From assembly GCA_015655335.1 (NCBI GenBank), contig JAATFF010000120.1:385-64384 (forward strand): a stretch of DNA of 64,000 nucleotides, given 5' to 3'. The stretch is from Lysobacterales bacterium (lineage in GTDB: Bacteria > Pseudomonadota > Gammaproteobacteria > Xanthomonadales > Rhodanobacteraceae). A model generated the notes under the pieces. The model had not been told where the DNA came from. It was given only the letters and a program-made list of their open reading frames with translations, and did no database searches. Shown one piece after another: positions 47,826 through 57,835 of the stretch; within the stretch, counting starts at the first letter, position 1; every line of letters starts with the position of its first letter. The position numbers were made by a program, and so were the translations under genes.

Positions 47826-49313
47826 GTGACTGCACCTGCTCAACCGGTCGACAAGTTCGATCTGGTGATTTTCGGCGGCACTGGCGATCTGGCCGTGCGC
47901 AAATTGCTCCCTGCCCTGTTCCATCGCTTCGTTGACGGCCAGATCCAGGACTGCAGCCGCGTCATCGGTGTGGCCCGCGAGGCGCTGGACGACGACGGTT
48001 ACCGCGCGCAGATCCGCTCCGCGCTCAACGGTGCCGCCCAATCCCAGCCCGCCAAGCTCGATGCCTTCCTTAAGCTGGTCGGTTATCGCCCGCTGGATGC
48101 GCGCAAGGACGACGGCTGGGACGATTTCGCCAAGCTGATCGCCGAACGGCCCGACAACGTGCGTGTGTTCTATCTCTCCACGTCGCCGGATTTGTTCGTC
48201 GACATCTGCCAGCGCCTGGGCCACTACGGGCTCAACAAGGGCGAGTCGCGCGTGGTGCTGGAAAAGCCGATCGGCCACGATCTGGCGAGCGCCAATCGCA
48301 TCAACGACGACGTCGGCAGCGTGTTCGCGGAATCGCAGACCTTCCGCATCGATCACTATCTCGGCAAGGAAACCGTGCAGAACCTGCTGGCGCTGCGCTT
48401 TGGCAACGCCTTGTTCGAGCCGCTGTGGAATGCCGGGCATATCGATCACGTGCAGATCACCGTCGCCGAAACGTTGGGCGTCGGTCGCCGCGGTCCGTAT
48501 TACGACCATGCCGGCGCGCTACGCGACATGGTGCAGAACCACATGTTGCAGCTGCTGTGTATGGTGGCCATGGAACCGCCTTCGTCGTTGTTGCCCGATG
48601 CGGTGCGCGACGAAAAGCTGAAAGTGCTGCGTGCGCTCAAGACCATCGATGACAGCAACGCATCGCAACTCACGGTGCGCGGCCAATATCGCGCCGGTGT
48701 GGCCGAAGGGCAGAGCGTGCCGGGCTATATCGAGGACTTGAACAGCGACAGCAAGACCAAGATCCAGAAATCGAACACCGAAACCTTCGTCGCGCTGAAA
48801 GCCGAGATCGGCAACTGGCGCTGGGCAGGCGTACCGTTCTATCTGCGCACCGGCAAGCGGCTGGCCGAGCGCGTGTCGGAAATCGTGGTGGCCTTCAAGC
48901 CTGTGCCGTATTCGATTTTCAGCTCCTCTGCAGGTCCGCTGGCGCAAAATCGCCTGGTATTGAGATTGCAGCCGGACGAAGGCGTCAAGTTATGGCTCAC
49001 CATCAAGCACCCTGGGCCGGGCGGTTTGCGTTTGCGCCACGTGCCGCTGGATATGAGCTTCGCCGAGGCCTTTGGTGCACAACAATCGGATGCCTACGAG
49101 CGTCTGCTGCTCGATGTCGTGCGCGGCAATCCCACGCTGTTCATGCGTCGCGATGAAGTCGAAGCGGCATGGCACTGGGCCGATCCGATCCTGGCCGCCT
49201 GGGGCGCCAGCGGCGAGGCACCGCGTCCGTACACGGCCGGAACATGGGGCCCCAGCGCTGCGGTGGCCTTGATCGAGCGCGACGGGCGCACGTGGGACGA
49301 GGACAACGAATAG
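47826..49313 (+). CDS. zwf: Glucose-6-phosphate 1-dehydrogenase
   Basis: FGGTGDLA.RKL.PAL, EKPIG.D, RIDHYLGKE, RDMVQNH. Confidence 0.97.
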   Translation: MTAPAQPVDKFDLVIFGGTGDLAVRKLLPALFHRFVDGQIQDCSRVIGVAREALDDDGYRAQIRSALNGAAQSQPAKLDAFLKLVGYRPLDARKDDGWDDFAKLIAERPDNVRVFYLSTSPDLFVDICQRLGHYGLNKGESRVVLEKPIGHDLASANRINDDVGSVFAESQTFRIDHYLGKETVQNLLALRFGNALFEPLWNAGHIDHVQITVAETLGVGRRGPYYDHAGALRDMVQNHMLQLLCMVAMEPPSSLLPDAVRDEKLKVLRALKTIDDSNASQLTVRGQYRAGVAEGQSVPGYIEDLNSDSKTKIQKSNTETFVALKAEIGNWRWAGVPFYLRTGKRLAERVSEIVVAFKPVPYSIFSSSAGPLAQNRLVLRLQPDEGVKLWLTIKHPGPGGLRLRHVPLDMSFAEAFGAQQSDAYERLLLDVVRGNPTLFMRRDEVEAAWHWADPILAAWGASGEAPRPYTAGTWGPSAAVALIERDGRTWDEDNE

Positions 49314-50008
49314 TGTCTGCACAACCAACCATTCATCCCTTCGAAGACAACAACGCGCTCGCGGCGTCGCTAGCCGCGCGCATCGCCGATGATCTGCGCG
49401 CGGCCATCGAAGCGCGCGGTGAGGCGTTGATGGCGGTATCGGGCGGCAGCACGCCCAAGCGTCTGTTCGAACGCCTCTCGCATGAAACATTGGATTAGTC
49501 GCGCGTTACCGTCACCTTGGTCGACGAACGTTGGGTGCCCGACACCGACGAGCGCTCCAACGCGCGCATGGTGGAAGCACTCCTGCTGCGCCACAACGCG
49601 GCAGATGCGGAATTCGTGCCGTTGTACGTTCAAACGGCTACGCCCGAAGCCGGCATCGGTGAAGTGCGCACGCGCGTGGCGGCGATGAAATGGCCGTTCG
49701 ACGTCGTCGTGCTCGGCATGGGACCGGATGGCCATACCGCATCGTTTTTCCCCGGCGGCGATCGTCTCGACGAAGCGCTCGATACGGCCAACACCGCACA
49801 AGTGGTGCCGATGCGCGCGCCCGGCGCCGGCGAGCCACGCATCACGTTCACGCTGCCGGTGTTGTTGAAATCGCGCACGCTGTATCTGCATATCGAAGGA
49901 GCGGACAAACGCGTGGTGCTCGAACAAGCCGAGCAACTTGGCAGCGAGCTGCCGATCGCCAGCGTCCTGCGTCGCGCGACGCATTTGGACGTCTATTGGT
50001 GCCCGTGA
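49313..50008 (+). pseudogene. pgl: 6-phosphogluconolactonase with an in-frame amber stop at 49496-49498
   Basis: VSGGSTP...LD*SRVTVTLVDERWV...LGMG.DGHTAS. TAG replaces the conserved Trp codon (TGG) and the frame continues. Confidence 0.85.
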
Positions 50009-50098
50009 TGGAACATTTCCGCCTTCCGCTTCTTACGTTGGAAGCGCGAAGGATCTATTGATCGATTGCGCACGCTTTCGCGCAATCTGGAGTTGAAG

Positions 50099-51910
50099 AT
50101 GAGTTTGCATCCCGTTGTTGCCGAAGTGACCGAGCGTGTGCGTGAGCGTAGCCGCGACACGCGCGCCGCTTATCTCGATCGTATCCACGGCGCCGCCATC
50201 GAAGGCACGCATCGCGCGCGCCTTTCCTGCGGCAACCTTGCGCATGGCTTCGCCGCCTGCGGTACGCAAGATAAAGCCGCGTTGCGCGAAGGCCACACGC
50301 CGAACATCGGCATGGTCACCGCTTACAACGACATGCTTTCGGCGCATCAGCCGTACGAACGCTATCCCGCGTTCATTCGCGACGTTGCGCGTGAGGCTGG
50401 ATTCACCGCACAGGTGGCTGGCGGTGTGCCGGCGATGTGCGACGGTGTCACGCAAGGCCGCTCCGGCATGGAATTGTCGCTGTTTTCGCGTGACCTCATC
50501 GCCATGGCCACGGCCATAGCGTTGTCGCACGATATGTTCGACGGAGCGCTGTACTTGGGCATCTGCGACAAGATCGTGCCGGGCCTCCTGATCGGCGCGT
50601 TGAGTTTCGGTCATCTGCCGGGCGTATTCATTCCCAGTGGCCCGATGCCTAGCGGCATCAGCAACGAACAAAAATCGAAAGTGCGCCAGGCGTTCGCGGA
50701 AGGCAAAGCAAATCGCGCCGAACTGCTGGAAGCGGAAGCGGGCTCCTACCACGCGCCCGGCACCTGCACGTTCTACGGCACCGCCAATTCCAATCAGATG
50801 CTGATGGAGATCATGGGCCTGCATTTGCCCGGCGCCAGCTTCGTCGCACCCGACACGCCGTTGCGCGACGCCCTCACCGCCGAAGCAGTGCGCCGTTGCG
50901 CAGCGCTGGGTAAATCGGGTGAGAACCTGCCTATCGGCCTCATCGTCGACGAGCGCGCCATCATCAACGGTGTGATAGGTCTGCACGCCACGGGTGGTTC
51001 CACCAATCATCTGTTGCACCTGGTCGCGATTGCGCAAGCAGCCGGCATTGCATTGCGCTGGGAAGATTTCGACGCGCTGTCGTCGGTCATCCCGCTGCTG
51101 GCGCGCGTCTATCCGAACGGCTACGCGGACGTAAACCAATTCCACGAAGCGGGCGGCATGGCGTTCCTGATCGATCAACTATTGAGTGCGGGACTTTTGC
51201 ATGGCGATGCGCTCACCGTCGCCGGCACCACGCTTTCCGGTTACGCAAAAAATCCCACGCTCGACGAATCGGGCGCATTGACCTGGACGCCGGTACTGAA
51301 GGAGAGCGGCAATCGCGGTGTGTTGCGCGGCGTGCATGAACCCTTCCGCGCCGACGGCGGCCTGCGCATGGTTCACGGCAATATCGGTCGTGCGGTGATC
51401 AAAGTGTCTTCCGTGCCCGATGATCGCCTGGTCATCGAAGCGCCGGCTGTGGTGTTCCATGATCAGGACGAAATCAAAGGCGCTTTCGACCGTGGCGAGC
51501 TCAATCGCGATTTCATTGCGGTGGTGCGTTTCCAGGGGCCGCGCGCTATCGGTATGCCGGAGCTGCACAAACTCACGCCGACGCTGGCGGTGCTGCAGGA
51601 TCGCGGCCATCGCATCGCACTGGTCACCGACGGGCGCATGTCCGGCGCCAGCGGTCGCGTGCCGGCGGCGATCCACGTCACACCGGAAGCCGATGACGGC
51701 GGTCCCATTGCGAAGATCCGCGATGGCGACATCATCCGTCTCGATGTGGTGAAGGGCGAACTCGATGTTCTCGTCGATGCCGGAGAATTCGCCTCGCGCA
51801 CGCCGGTCATCGAAGATCTGTCGCGCCATCAGTACGGCATGGGTCGCGAGTTGTTCGGCATGTTTCGTCGCAACGCCATGGCCGCCGATCTCGGCGCCGG
51901 CGTTTTGTGA
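50099..51910 (+). CDS. edd: Phosphogluconate dehydratase
   Basis: [44 protein letters not shown]. Confidence 0.97.
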   Translation: MSLHPVVAEVTERVRERSRDTRAAYLDRIHGAAIEGTHRARLSCGNLAHGFAACGTQDKAALREGHTPNIGMVTAYNDMLSAHQPYERYPAFIRDVAREAGFTAQVAGGVPAMCDGVTQGRSGMELSLFSRDLIAMATAIALSHDMFDGALYLGICDKIVPGLLIGALSFGHLPGVFIPSGPMPSGISNEQKSKVRQAFAEGKANRAELLEAEAGSYHAPGTCTFYGTANSNQMLMEIMGLHLPGASFVAPDTPLRDALTAEAVRRCAALGKSGENLPIGLIVDERAIINGVIGLHATGGSTNHLLHLVAIAQAAGIALRWEDFDALSSVIPLLARVYPNGYADVNQFHEAGGMAFLIDQLLSAGLLHGDALTVAGTTLSGYAKNPTLDESGALTWTPVLKESGNRGVLRGVHEPFRADGGLRMVHGNIGRAVIKVSSVPDDRLVIEAPAVVFHDQDEIKGAFDRGELNRDFIAVVRFQGPRAIGMPELHKLTPTLAVLQDRGHRIALVTDGRMSGASGRVPAAIHVTPEADDGGPIAKIRDGDIIRLDVVKGELDVLVDAGEFASRTPVIEDLSRHQYGMGRELFGMFRRNAMAADLGAGVL

Positions 51911-51933
51911 TCGCACCACCACGAGGAAGCTTG

Positions 51934-52590
51934 ATGAACATCGAAGCAAAGCAACAACAGGTCGAAGCCACCATGCGCCTGGCGCCGGTGATTCCGGTGG
52001 TGATCATCGACGACGCCAAGCATGCTGTGTCGATGGCGCGCGCGCTGGTGGCCGGTGGAATCCCGGCGATCGAAGTGACCTTGCGCACGCCCGCGGCGCT
52101 CGATGCGATTCGCGCGATTGCAGCGGAAGTGGAAGGCGCCGTGGTCGGCGTCGGCACCGTGCTTACCGCCAAAGATCTGCATGCCGCCGAACAGGCCGGT
52201 GCACGCTTCGCCGTATCGCCCGGCGTATCGCCCAATTTGCTCGCGGCGGCGGATGACAGCGCGTTGCCGCTGCTGCCTGGCGTGGCGACCGCCAGCGAAG
52301 CGATGAACCTGCTCGAGCGCGGGTATCGCCATCTGAAATTTTTCCCCGCCATACCCGCGGGTGGCGCGAAATTGCTCGGCGCTTGGGCCAGCCCGTTGCC
52401 GCAGCTTCGCTTCTGCCCCACGGGCGGGATCGCGCTCACCACCGCACCGGAATTTCTTGCCCTGCCCAACGTGCTATGCGTGGGCGGCTCTTGGCTGACG
52501 CCGAGCGACAAACTGAAGAAGGGCGATTGGGCCGAGATCGAGCAACTGGCGCGCGAAGCAGTGCTGCTGAAGGGTGTCGTCGGTTCATAA
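51934..52590 (+). CDS. eda: KDPG/KHG aldolase
   Basis: IEVTLRT, FAVSPG, LKFFPA...GG, FCPTGGI. Confidence 0.97.
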   Translation: MNIEAKQQQVEATMRLAPVIPVVIIDDAKHAVSMARALVAGGIPAIEVTLRTPAALDAIRAIAAEVEGAVVGVGTVLTAKDLHAAEQAGARFAVSPGVSPNLLAAADDSALPLLPGVATASEAMNLLERGYRHLKFFPAIPAGGAKLLGAWASPLPQLRFCPTGGIALTTAPEFLALPNVLCVGGSWLTPSDKLKKGDWAEIEQLAREAVLLKGVVGS

Positions 52591-52599
52591 CGGCGCAAT

Positions 52600-52679
52600 C
52601 GTTGTCCCGATGAACGCCGGGACTCGGCGTCTCACGCATTGCCTAGGCACTAGGCTCCGGCTTTCGCCGGGGCGACGGG
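52600..52679. repeat. Degenerate REP doublet (CGTCGTCCCGGCGAAGGCCGGGACCCAG family)
   Basis: Decayed copy of the element at 62750-62833. Confidence 0.65.
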
Positions 52680-52798
52680 ATGCCACGCGCAGCAACGTAC
52701 CCCACAAGTGCGTGACTTCTGGGCTGTGAAACCCATCTGCCGCCTGCCTAAGCTGGGCAGTCGGCGCGCTGCGCCTGTCTTCTGGGGAACGTCCATCC

Positions 52799-54382
52799 AT
52801 GCGCAAACTTCCACTTGCTATCGCCCTTGCGGCCCTTCTGCTCGGCAACGCCGCCGCCGCCGACAAGAAAGACAAAACCCCTTCGGATGAAGCCAAGCCC
52901 GACGCGGCGCTGCTGCACCCGCAGGCGTCGGCGAGCGAAGGATCGGTGTCCGTCGAGGGCAAGCGCATCGCTTACAAGGCCGTTGCCGGCACCATCGTGC
53001 TGCACGGCAAGGACGAAAAGGAAAACGATCCGACCGTCAGCATGTTCTACGTCGCCTATTTCAAGAAGGGCGACGACGCATCCAAACGACCCATCACCTT
53101 CATCTACAATGGCGGCCCGGGTTCGGCCACGGTATGGCTGCATATGGGCGCGTTCGGTCCGCGCCGCGTGGTCACCAAAGACGACAGCCACACGCCTGCA
53201 GCGCCTTACCAGCTGGTCAACAACGATTACAGCTTGCTCGATGCGACCGATGTGGTCTTCATCGATGCGCCGGGCGCAGGCTTCAGTCGCCTGATTGCGA
53301 ACGACCCCGATGCGTCCAAGCGCGAAGAACAGATGAAGGACCGCCGCAAGGACATCTACGGCGTGGACGGCGACGGCCACGCTTTCGCGCAATTCATCAC
53401 GCAGTTCCTGTCGCGCTACGGCCGCTGGAATTCGCCGAAATATCTGTTCGGCGAAAGCTATGGCACGACCCGCTCGGCTGTCGTCGCCAACGATTTGGAA
53501 AACGAAAACAGCGTGGATCTCAATGGTGTGATCCTGCTTTCGCAGATCCTCAACTTCGACACCAGTATCGACGGCCCCGACCAAAACCCCGGCGTCGACC
53601 TGCCCTACGAGTTGGCGCTGCCCACCTACGCCGCCACCGCGTACTACCACCACAAGCTGCCGCAGCAACCGGGGGAACTGGAGCCGTTCCTGCAGGAAGT
53701 GGAACAGTTCGCGCTAGGCGACTACGCGCAGGCATTGATGGCCGGTTCGCGCCTCGATGACGTTCGCAAGCAAGCGACGGCGGAAAAGCTGCATCAGTAC
53801 ACCGGCCTGCCCGTGGCCTATCTGCTCAAGGCAAACCTGCGCGTCACCGGCGGCATGTTCGAGCATGAATTGCTGGGTGACACGGACGACACGACGGGAC
53901 GTCTGGATACGCGCTTCTCCGGACCATCGCTCGACCCGTTGAGCAAGGAAGCCGGATACGATCCGCAGTCCTCCGCCATCAGCTCCGCTTACATCGCTGC
54001 GTTCAACGACTACGTGCGCAAGGACCTCAAATACGGCCAGGACCAGAACTATCGCGAGTACGCTTCCGATCTCAAGGAGTGGGATTTCAAGCACAACAAC
54101 CACGACGGCGCCGTCAACGTGATGCCCGACCTGGCGATGGCGATGAAGACCAATCCCGATCTCAAGATTTTGCTCAACGGCGGCTACTACGACCTCGCCA
54201 CCCCGTTCTACGCCGCCGATTACGAAATGCATCACATGCCCGTCCAACCCGCATTGATGAACAACATCAGTTATGCGTGGTACCCATCCGGCCACATGGT
54301 ATACGCCCACGAAGCCTCGTTGAAGCTGTTGCACGACAACGTCGCCCGCTTCATCGAGCAGACAGACAATGTAAAGCGCTGA
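52799..54382 (+). CDS. Serine carboxypeptidase, S10 family
   Basis: Signal peptide, FIYNGGPGS, GESYGT, GYYDLATP, GHMVY. Confidence 0.92.
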   Translation: MRKLPLAIALAALLLGNAAAADKKDKTPSDEAKPDAALLHPQASASEGSVSVEGKRIAYKAVAGTIVLHGKDEKENDPTVSMFYVAYFKKGDDASKRPITFIYNGGPGSATVWLHMGAFGPRRVVTKDDSHTPAAPYQLVNNDYSLLDATDVVFIDAPGAGFSRLIANDPDASKREEQMKDRRKDIYGVDGDGHAFAQFITQFLSRYGRWNSPKYLFGESYGTTRSAVVANDLENENSVDLNGVILLSQILNFDTSIDGPDQNPGVDLPYELALPTYAATAYYHHKLPQQPGELEPFLQEVEQFALGDYAQALMAGSRLDDVRKQATAEKLHQYTGLPVAYLLKANLRVTGGMFEHELLGDTDDTTGRLDTRFSGPSLDPLSKEAGYDPQSSAISSAYIAAFNDYVRKDLKYGQDQNYREYASDLKEWDFKHNNHDGAVNVMPDLAMAMKTNPDLKILLNGGYYDLATPFYAADYEMHHMPVQPALMNNISYAWYPSGHMVYAHEASLKLLHDNVARFIEQTDNVKR

Positions 54383-54399
54383 GCGCCACCAGCTCTTCC

Positions 54400-54430
54400 G
54401 TAGGGGAGGTTATGCTTGGCATACCTCCCC
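54400..54430 (+). repeat. Hairpin (GTAG-type REP or terminator)
   Basis: GTAG head, then GGGGAGGTTATGC-TTG-GCATACCTCCCC; no U-tract. Confidence 0.5.
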
Positions 54431-54444
54431 AGCAGTAGAACCCT

Positions 54445-54816
54445 ATGCGTGCCCTGATCGACCGCTACATTGACGCGTACAATCGCATGGACGTCGACGC
54501 CATGATGGCGACCATGCACCGCGAAGTGATCTTCGAAAACTATGCAGCCGGCACGCTGAGCGTGCGTACCCTGGGCATCGAAGAACTCCGTCATCTCGCC
54601 GAAAGTTCACGGCACCTGTTCGCGGCACGTCGACAGACCATCACTGGCTACAGCGAGGCGGGCGACACCGCTCACGTGCAAGTCCTTTTCGAAGGCACCT
54701 TCGCGATCGACCTGCCCAACGGCGTGCGCGCCGGGCAACGTATCGCCATGAACGGTCGCAGCGCATTCCGCAAGCGCGATGGTTTGTTGATCCACGTCGC
54801 CGACCATAGCGATTGA
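54445..54816 (+). CDS. NTF2/SnoaL-like protein
   Basis: I.RYI.AYN..DVD.M, DLPNG..AG....L.GRS.F..RDG.I. Confidence 0.8.
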   Translation: MRALIDRYIDAYNRMDVDAMMATMHREVIFENYAAGTLSVRTLGIEELRHLAESSRHLFAARRQTITGYSEAGDTAHVQVLFEGTFAIDLPNGVRAGQRIAMNGRSAFRKRDGLLIHVADHSD

Positions 54817-54865
54817 TTGCCGCGTAGCGCTCCTCGCCATCCAGGCCCGTCACACCTGCTGCAAA

Positions 54866-55729
54866 TCAACCTTCGACGAGCTTGCCGCCCCATGAAGCCG
54901 GATCGACATCGGCAATGCTTTGGGAAAAGATCCACCTGTGCCCGGCAAGGTCTTCTACCGAGTACTGCCTTTCCCCGTAAGGATAATCCCTGGGCAGACT
55001 GAGAATTTTCGCCCCCCGCTGCGCGGCATGCTGGCGGTGCGCGTCCACATCTTGCACGCGCACCATGATGGCGTGGCACGATGGACATTCTGCTTGAACG
55101 ACTGGGGCAAGAGCTCTCTGAGTCACGACAAGCGCACCGCCGTTCGGAATAGAAAGCTGTGCGCGATGGTTGCCAATGAGCAGTCTCTGCTTGAAACCGA
55201 ACGTCGAGCAAAGCCATGAGACCGCCTCACTCACATCGTCATAGCCAAGTTCAGGAATAACGGCGGCCTCGGGCATTGAGCGATTCGAATCGAGGACGTT
55301 GCCATTCGCGAGCGAGTTCGGCGGTTCGTGAGTGCTGTTGAGTTCCCACGGTACTCCGAATCGATCGACAACGACGCCAAAACCTGGCGACCAAAACGTC
55401 TGGCGAAAGGGAAGGTGAACGTTTCCCTCAATAGCAAGCGCGTTGAAGATGCTCTCGGCGCGAGCCGGGCTATCCAGTGTCAACGTGACAAAGAATCCCT
55501 GCGGCCTCCCATAGTCCTGCGGAGGTACATCCGCACCCGTAAGCTCCACATCACCCAACGACAACGTGGCGTGCGCAATGCGATCGTGCCATGTCGAGTC
55601 GATCTGCGATGCCATCGGAGAATCGCCGTAGGTGAGCATGGTCGTCAGGTCTCCACCGAAAATGCGGTGATAGACCAAAAATGCAGCCTTACAATGACCG
55701 TCAAACGTTAGATGGGGACTGATGCGCAT
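54866..55729 (-). CDS. Two-domain VOC protein (PhnB-like fused to glyoxalase); gene cassette
   Basis: PHLTFDG.C..AF..Y...FG....DRFGVPW, followed by NRSMP...VIPEL.Y.DV...YGERQY..EDLAGHRW.F. Confidence 0.8.
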   Translation of the reverse strand: MRISPHLTFDGHCKAAFLVYHRIFGGDLTTMLTYGDSPMASQIDSTWHDRIAHATLSLGDVELTGADVPPQDYGRPQGFFVTLTLDSPARAESIFNALAIEGNVHLPFRQTFWSPGFGVVVDRFGVPWELNSTHEPPNSLANGNVLDSNRSMPEAAVIPELGYDDVSEAVSWLCSTFGFKQRLLIGNHRAQLSIPNGGALVVTQRALAPVVQAECPSCHAIMVRVQDVDAHRQHAAQRGAKILSLPRDYPYGERQYSVEDLAGHRWIFSQSIADVDPASWGGKLVEG

Positions 55730-55742
55730 GGGGTTCCATTCC

Positions 55743-55798
55743 GTCTAACGCGTCAGCTAAGCGACGCCGATGATATGCGTTTGAGTGAATGACTAGAC
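55743..55798 (-). mobile_element. attC site
   Basis: Minus strand GTCTAGT-CATTCA-CTCAAACG...CGCTTAGCT-GACGC-GTTAGAC. The upstream gene's stop lies in the R'' box. Confidence 0.7.
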
Positions 55799-56314
55799 AG
55801 CCACTTCATATTCGCTTTGAACAAGACCGCTGGCGTAGTGGCGCGTTGCGATGTGCTTGAGGGCGATGTCGTGTGTTATCGCGCCAAAGAGCGGAATACC
55901 CGTGCCAATAAGCACGGGAACGCGCGTGACAACAAGGCGTTGAATAAGCCCGGCCTGAAGAAAACTCTGGATAGTGATTCCGCCATCCACATAGACATGT
56001 TGAATGCCGCGATGCGCAAGTTGAGACAGGATGTCCGCCGGCAATCCGGACAGGTGCTCCACGATAGCCCCAGCAGGAGCTGGTGCAAGCGGGCGGGAGC
56101 TGAGCACGAAAACAGGCTTTTCACCATAGGGCCACGTATCAAAGGCCAAGACCGTTTCGTACGTATGGCGGCCGATAACCAGGGCATCCACGGTGGCCAT
56201 GAACTCAACATAGCCATGGGGTTCACCGCCACCCGGTGGAAGGAAATCAAGAGCGCCATCGGATCGAGCGATGAAGCCGTCGAGGCTCGTGCCTACAAAG
56301 ACGGATGCTTTCAT
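55793..56314 (-). CDS. Dihydrofolate reductase/RibD C-terminal family protein; gene cassette
   Basis: TSLDGFIA..DG.LD.L, GR.TYE, VYVDGG..IQSFL.AGLI, PVLIG.GIPLF. Confidence 0.9.
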   Translation of the reverse strand: MKASVFVGTSLDGFIARSDGALDFLPPGGGEPHGYVEFMATVDALVIGRHTYETVLAFDTWPYGEKPVFVLSSRPLAPAPAGAIVEHLSGLPADILSQLAHRGIQHVYVDGGITIQSFLQAGLIQRLVVTRVPVLIGTGIPLFGAITHDIALKHIATRHYASGLVQSEYEVAV

Positions 56315-56392
56315 TGCACAGCCCTCAAGTTGTTATTGGCCACGTAAGTGAAACAGCGATCGATACGCGCCCGATTAAATGACGGGTTAACT

Positions 56393-56764
56393 TCACACCG
56401 GCCGTAGTTGTTCGGCAAGCGTGCGTGTTTTCTCGACTACAACATCACCCGTGTGCAACGTCGATTTACGCTCAATAAGCATCACATGACACTCTTGTTC
56501 TGCAACAGGATTGTGACGAACGCTTTTTGGAACGACAAACATCTCCCCTTCATGGAGCTCGACCGCGCGGCCCTCCATTTCGATGCGCAGATGTCCCTTG
56601 AGCACGAGAAACAGCTCATCCTCGTTCTCGTGACTGTGCCACGCGAGCGTGCCCTGAATCTTGGCGACCTTGATATACGCGTCATCGACCTCGGCGATAA
56701 CGCGTGGCGACCAATATTCGGTCAGCGAAGCAGCTGTTTGATGGGGTGAGACGACATTTGACAT
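56393..56764 (-). CDS. Cupin domain protein; gene cassette
   Basis: WSPRVIA, WHSHENEDELF.V..G, EGEMFVVPK.VRH.P. RBS AGGAG. Confidence 0.9.
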   Translation of the reverse strand: MSNVVSPHQTAASLTEYWSPRVIAEVDDAYIKVAKIQGTLAWHSHENEDELFLVLKGHLRIEMEGRAVELHEGEMFVVPKSVRHNPVAEQECHVMLIERKSTLHTGDVVVEKTRTLAEQLRPV

Positions 56765-56817
56765 GAATGCTCCTGCCAGAATAGATGACTCTTGAATCAT
56801 GGTGATGGCTTTTGGGA

Positions 56818-56874
56818 GCCCAACACCTGAGCTAAATGGCGGCGAAGCCGTCCACTTGAACCAGTTAGTCAGGC
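56818..56874 (-). mobile_element. attC site
   Basis: Minus strand GCCTGAC-TAACTG-GTTCAAGTGGACGGCTTCGCCGCCATTTAGCT-CAGGT-GTTGGGC. The ridA stop TGA lies within R''. Confidence 0.8.
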
Positions 56875-57248
56875 CTCAGCAATTGCGGCAATGGAGACCT
56901 TGAGCCCAGGAATACGCGCAGGAAGCTTGGCACCCTGACGAGCCGGAGGATTGGTAGGGAACCATTTGAGCCATTCCTCACTCATACCAGCGAAGTCGTC
57001 TTCGTCCGCCAACACAACGGTGACGCTGACGATCTTGTCCATGGAGCTGCCCGCCTCCTCGAGGATGGCCTGTATGTTGACGAGGCACTGCCGAGTCTGC
57101 TCCTGAACAGTTGTGCCCTTGATTGCACCTGTGGCCGCATCACTTGGAGCTGTGCCTGAGACAAAACCAGGCCGGCAGCTTTGACTGCTTGACTATAAGT
57201 CGGCGGCGGCTTGGCCGCCTTTGGCGTGAACACGATTTGACGGGTCAT
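56869..57248 (-). pseudogene. RidA/YjgF family protein with a -1 frameshift; gene cassette
   Basis: MTRQIVFTPKAAKPPPTYSQAVKAAGLV / FVSGTAP...QEQTRQCL.NI.AILEEAGSS...FPTNPPAR...IAEA*. One base is missing in the run at 57163-57166. Confidence 0.85.
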
Positions 57249-57280
57249 TTTGCCCCCTTTAAGAAAGACTGTCTTATGAG

Positions 57281-57340
57281 GCCTAACACTTGAATTAAGC
57301 CGCGCCGCGAAGTGGCGTCGGCTTAATTCAAGTGTTAGGC
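57281..57340 (-). mobile_element. attC site (60 bp, Xanthomonadales type)
   Basis: GCCTAAC...AAGCCGACGCCACTTCGCGGCGCGGCTTAATTCAAGT-GTTAGGC on the minus strand. Confidence 0.85.
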
Positions 57341-57385
57341 CTGCATGGTGCATCCAGGCAGCCCGACTCGCAAGCAAAGTGCACG

Positions 57386-57832
57386 TTACCGCAAAGCAGT
57401 CCGGAGACTGGCTGCCAACTCAATTCGCTCCTCAATGGTGTAGGCCACTTTCTGCCCTGCATGCAGTCCGTCATTTGAGTAGCGAGGAAATACATGAAGA
57501 TGGTAGTGCCACACATCTTGATTGCCGGCTGGCCCGTTGTGTTGGCGAGTGGAGATTCCTTCACACCCGAAGGCATTCCGCATAGCATGCGCTAGGCGGC
57601 GCGTGGCACGAAAGAACTCGCTGCCAAGGTTGTCCGGGATGTCCAACACGTTCTCATAGTGGCTCCGAGGTATCACCAAGCAGTTGCCTTTTATTCCAGC
57701 GTAGTGGTGAGTCGGAACCAAAGCGAACACGTTAACATCCACCAAGACAACGGCTGTTTCTGGAGCAGACGACGGAAGCGTCTCAGCAATACAGCAGAAC
57801 GGACACTCGTATCCGGGTGGAGCATTCTTCAT
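57386..57832 (-). CDS. HIT family hydrolase; first gene cassette
   Basis: CPFC, LVIP..HYEN, QHN.PAG.QDVWHYHLHVFPRY. ATG lies 3 bp after the GTTAGGC core site. Confidence 0.9.
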   Translation of the reverse strand: MKNAPPGYECPFCCIAETLPSSAPETAVVLVDVNVFALVPTHHYAGIKGNCLVIPRSHYENVLDIPDNLGSEFFRATRRLAHAMRNAFGCEGISTRQHNGPAGNQDVWHYHLHVFPRYSNDGLHAGQKVAYTIEERIELAASLRTALR

Positions 57833-57835
57833 AAG

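Noticed and set aside
49496-49498. Pyrrolysine or alternative genetic code
   Set aside because: The position is a conserved Trp, TAG ends other genes in the window, and no pyl genes are seen.
55793-56314. dfr trimethoprim-resistance cassette
   Set aside because: Motifs fit the RibD_C/DHFR-like family (SLDGFIA), not DfrA/DfrB.
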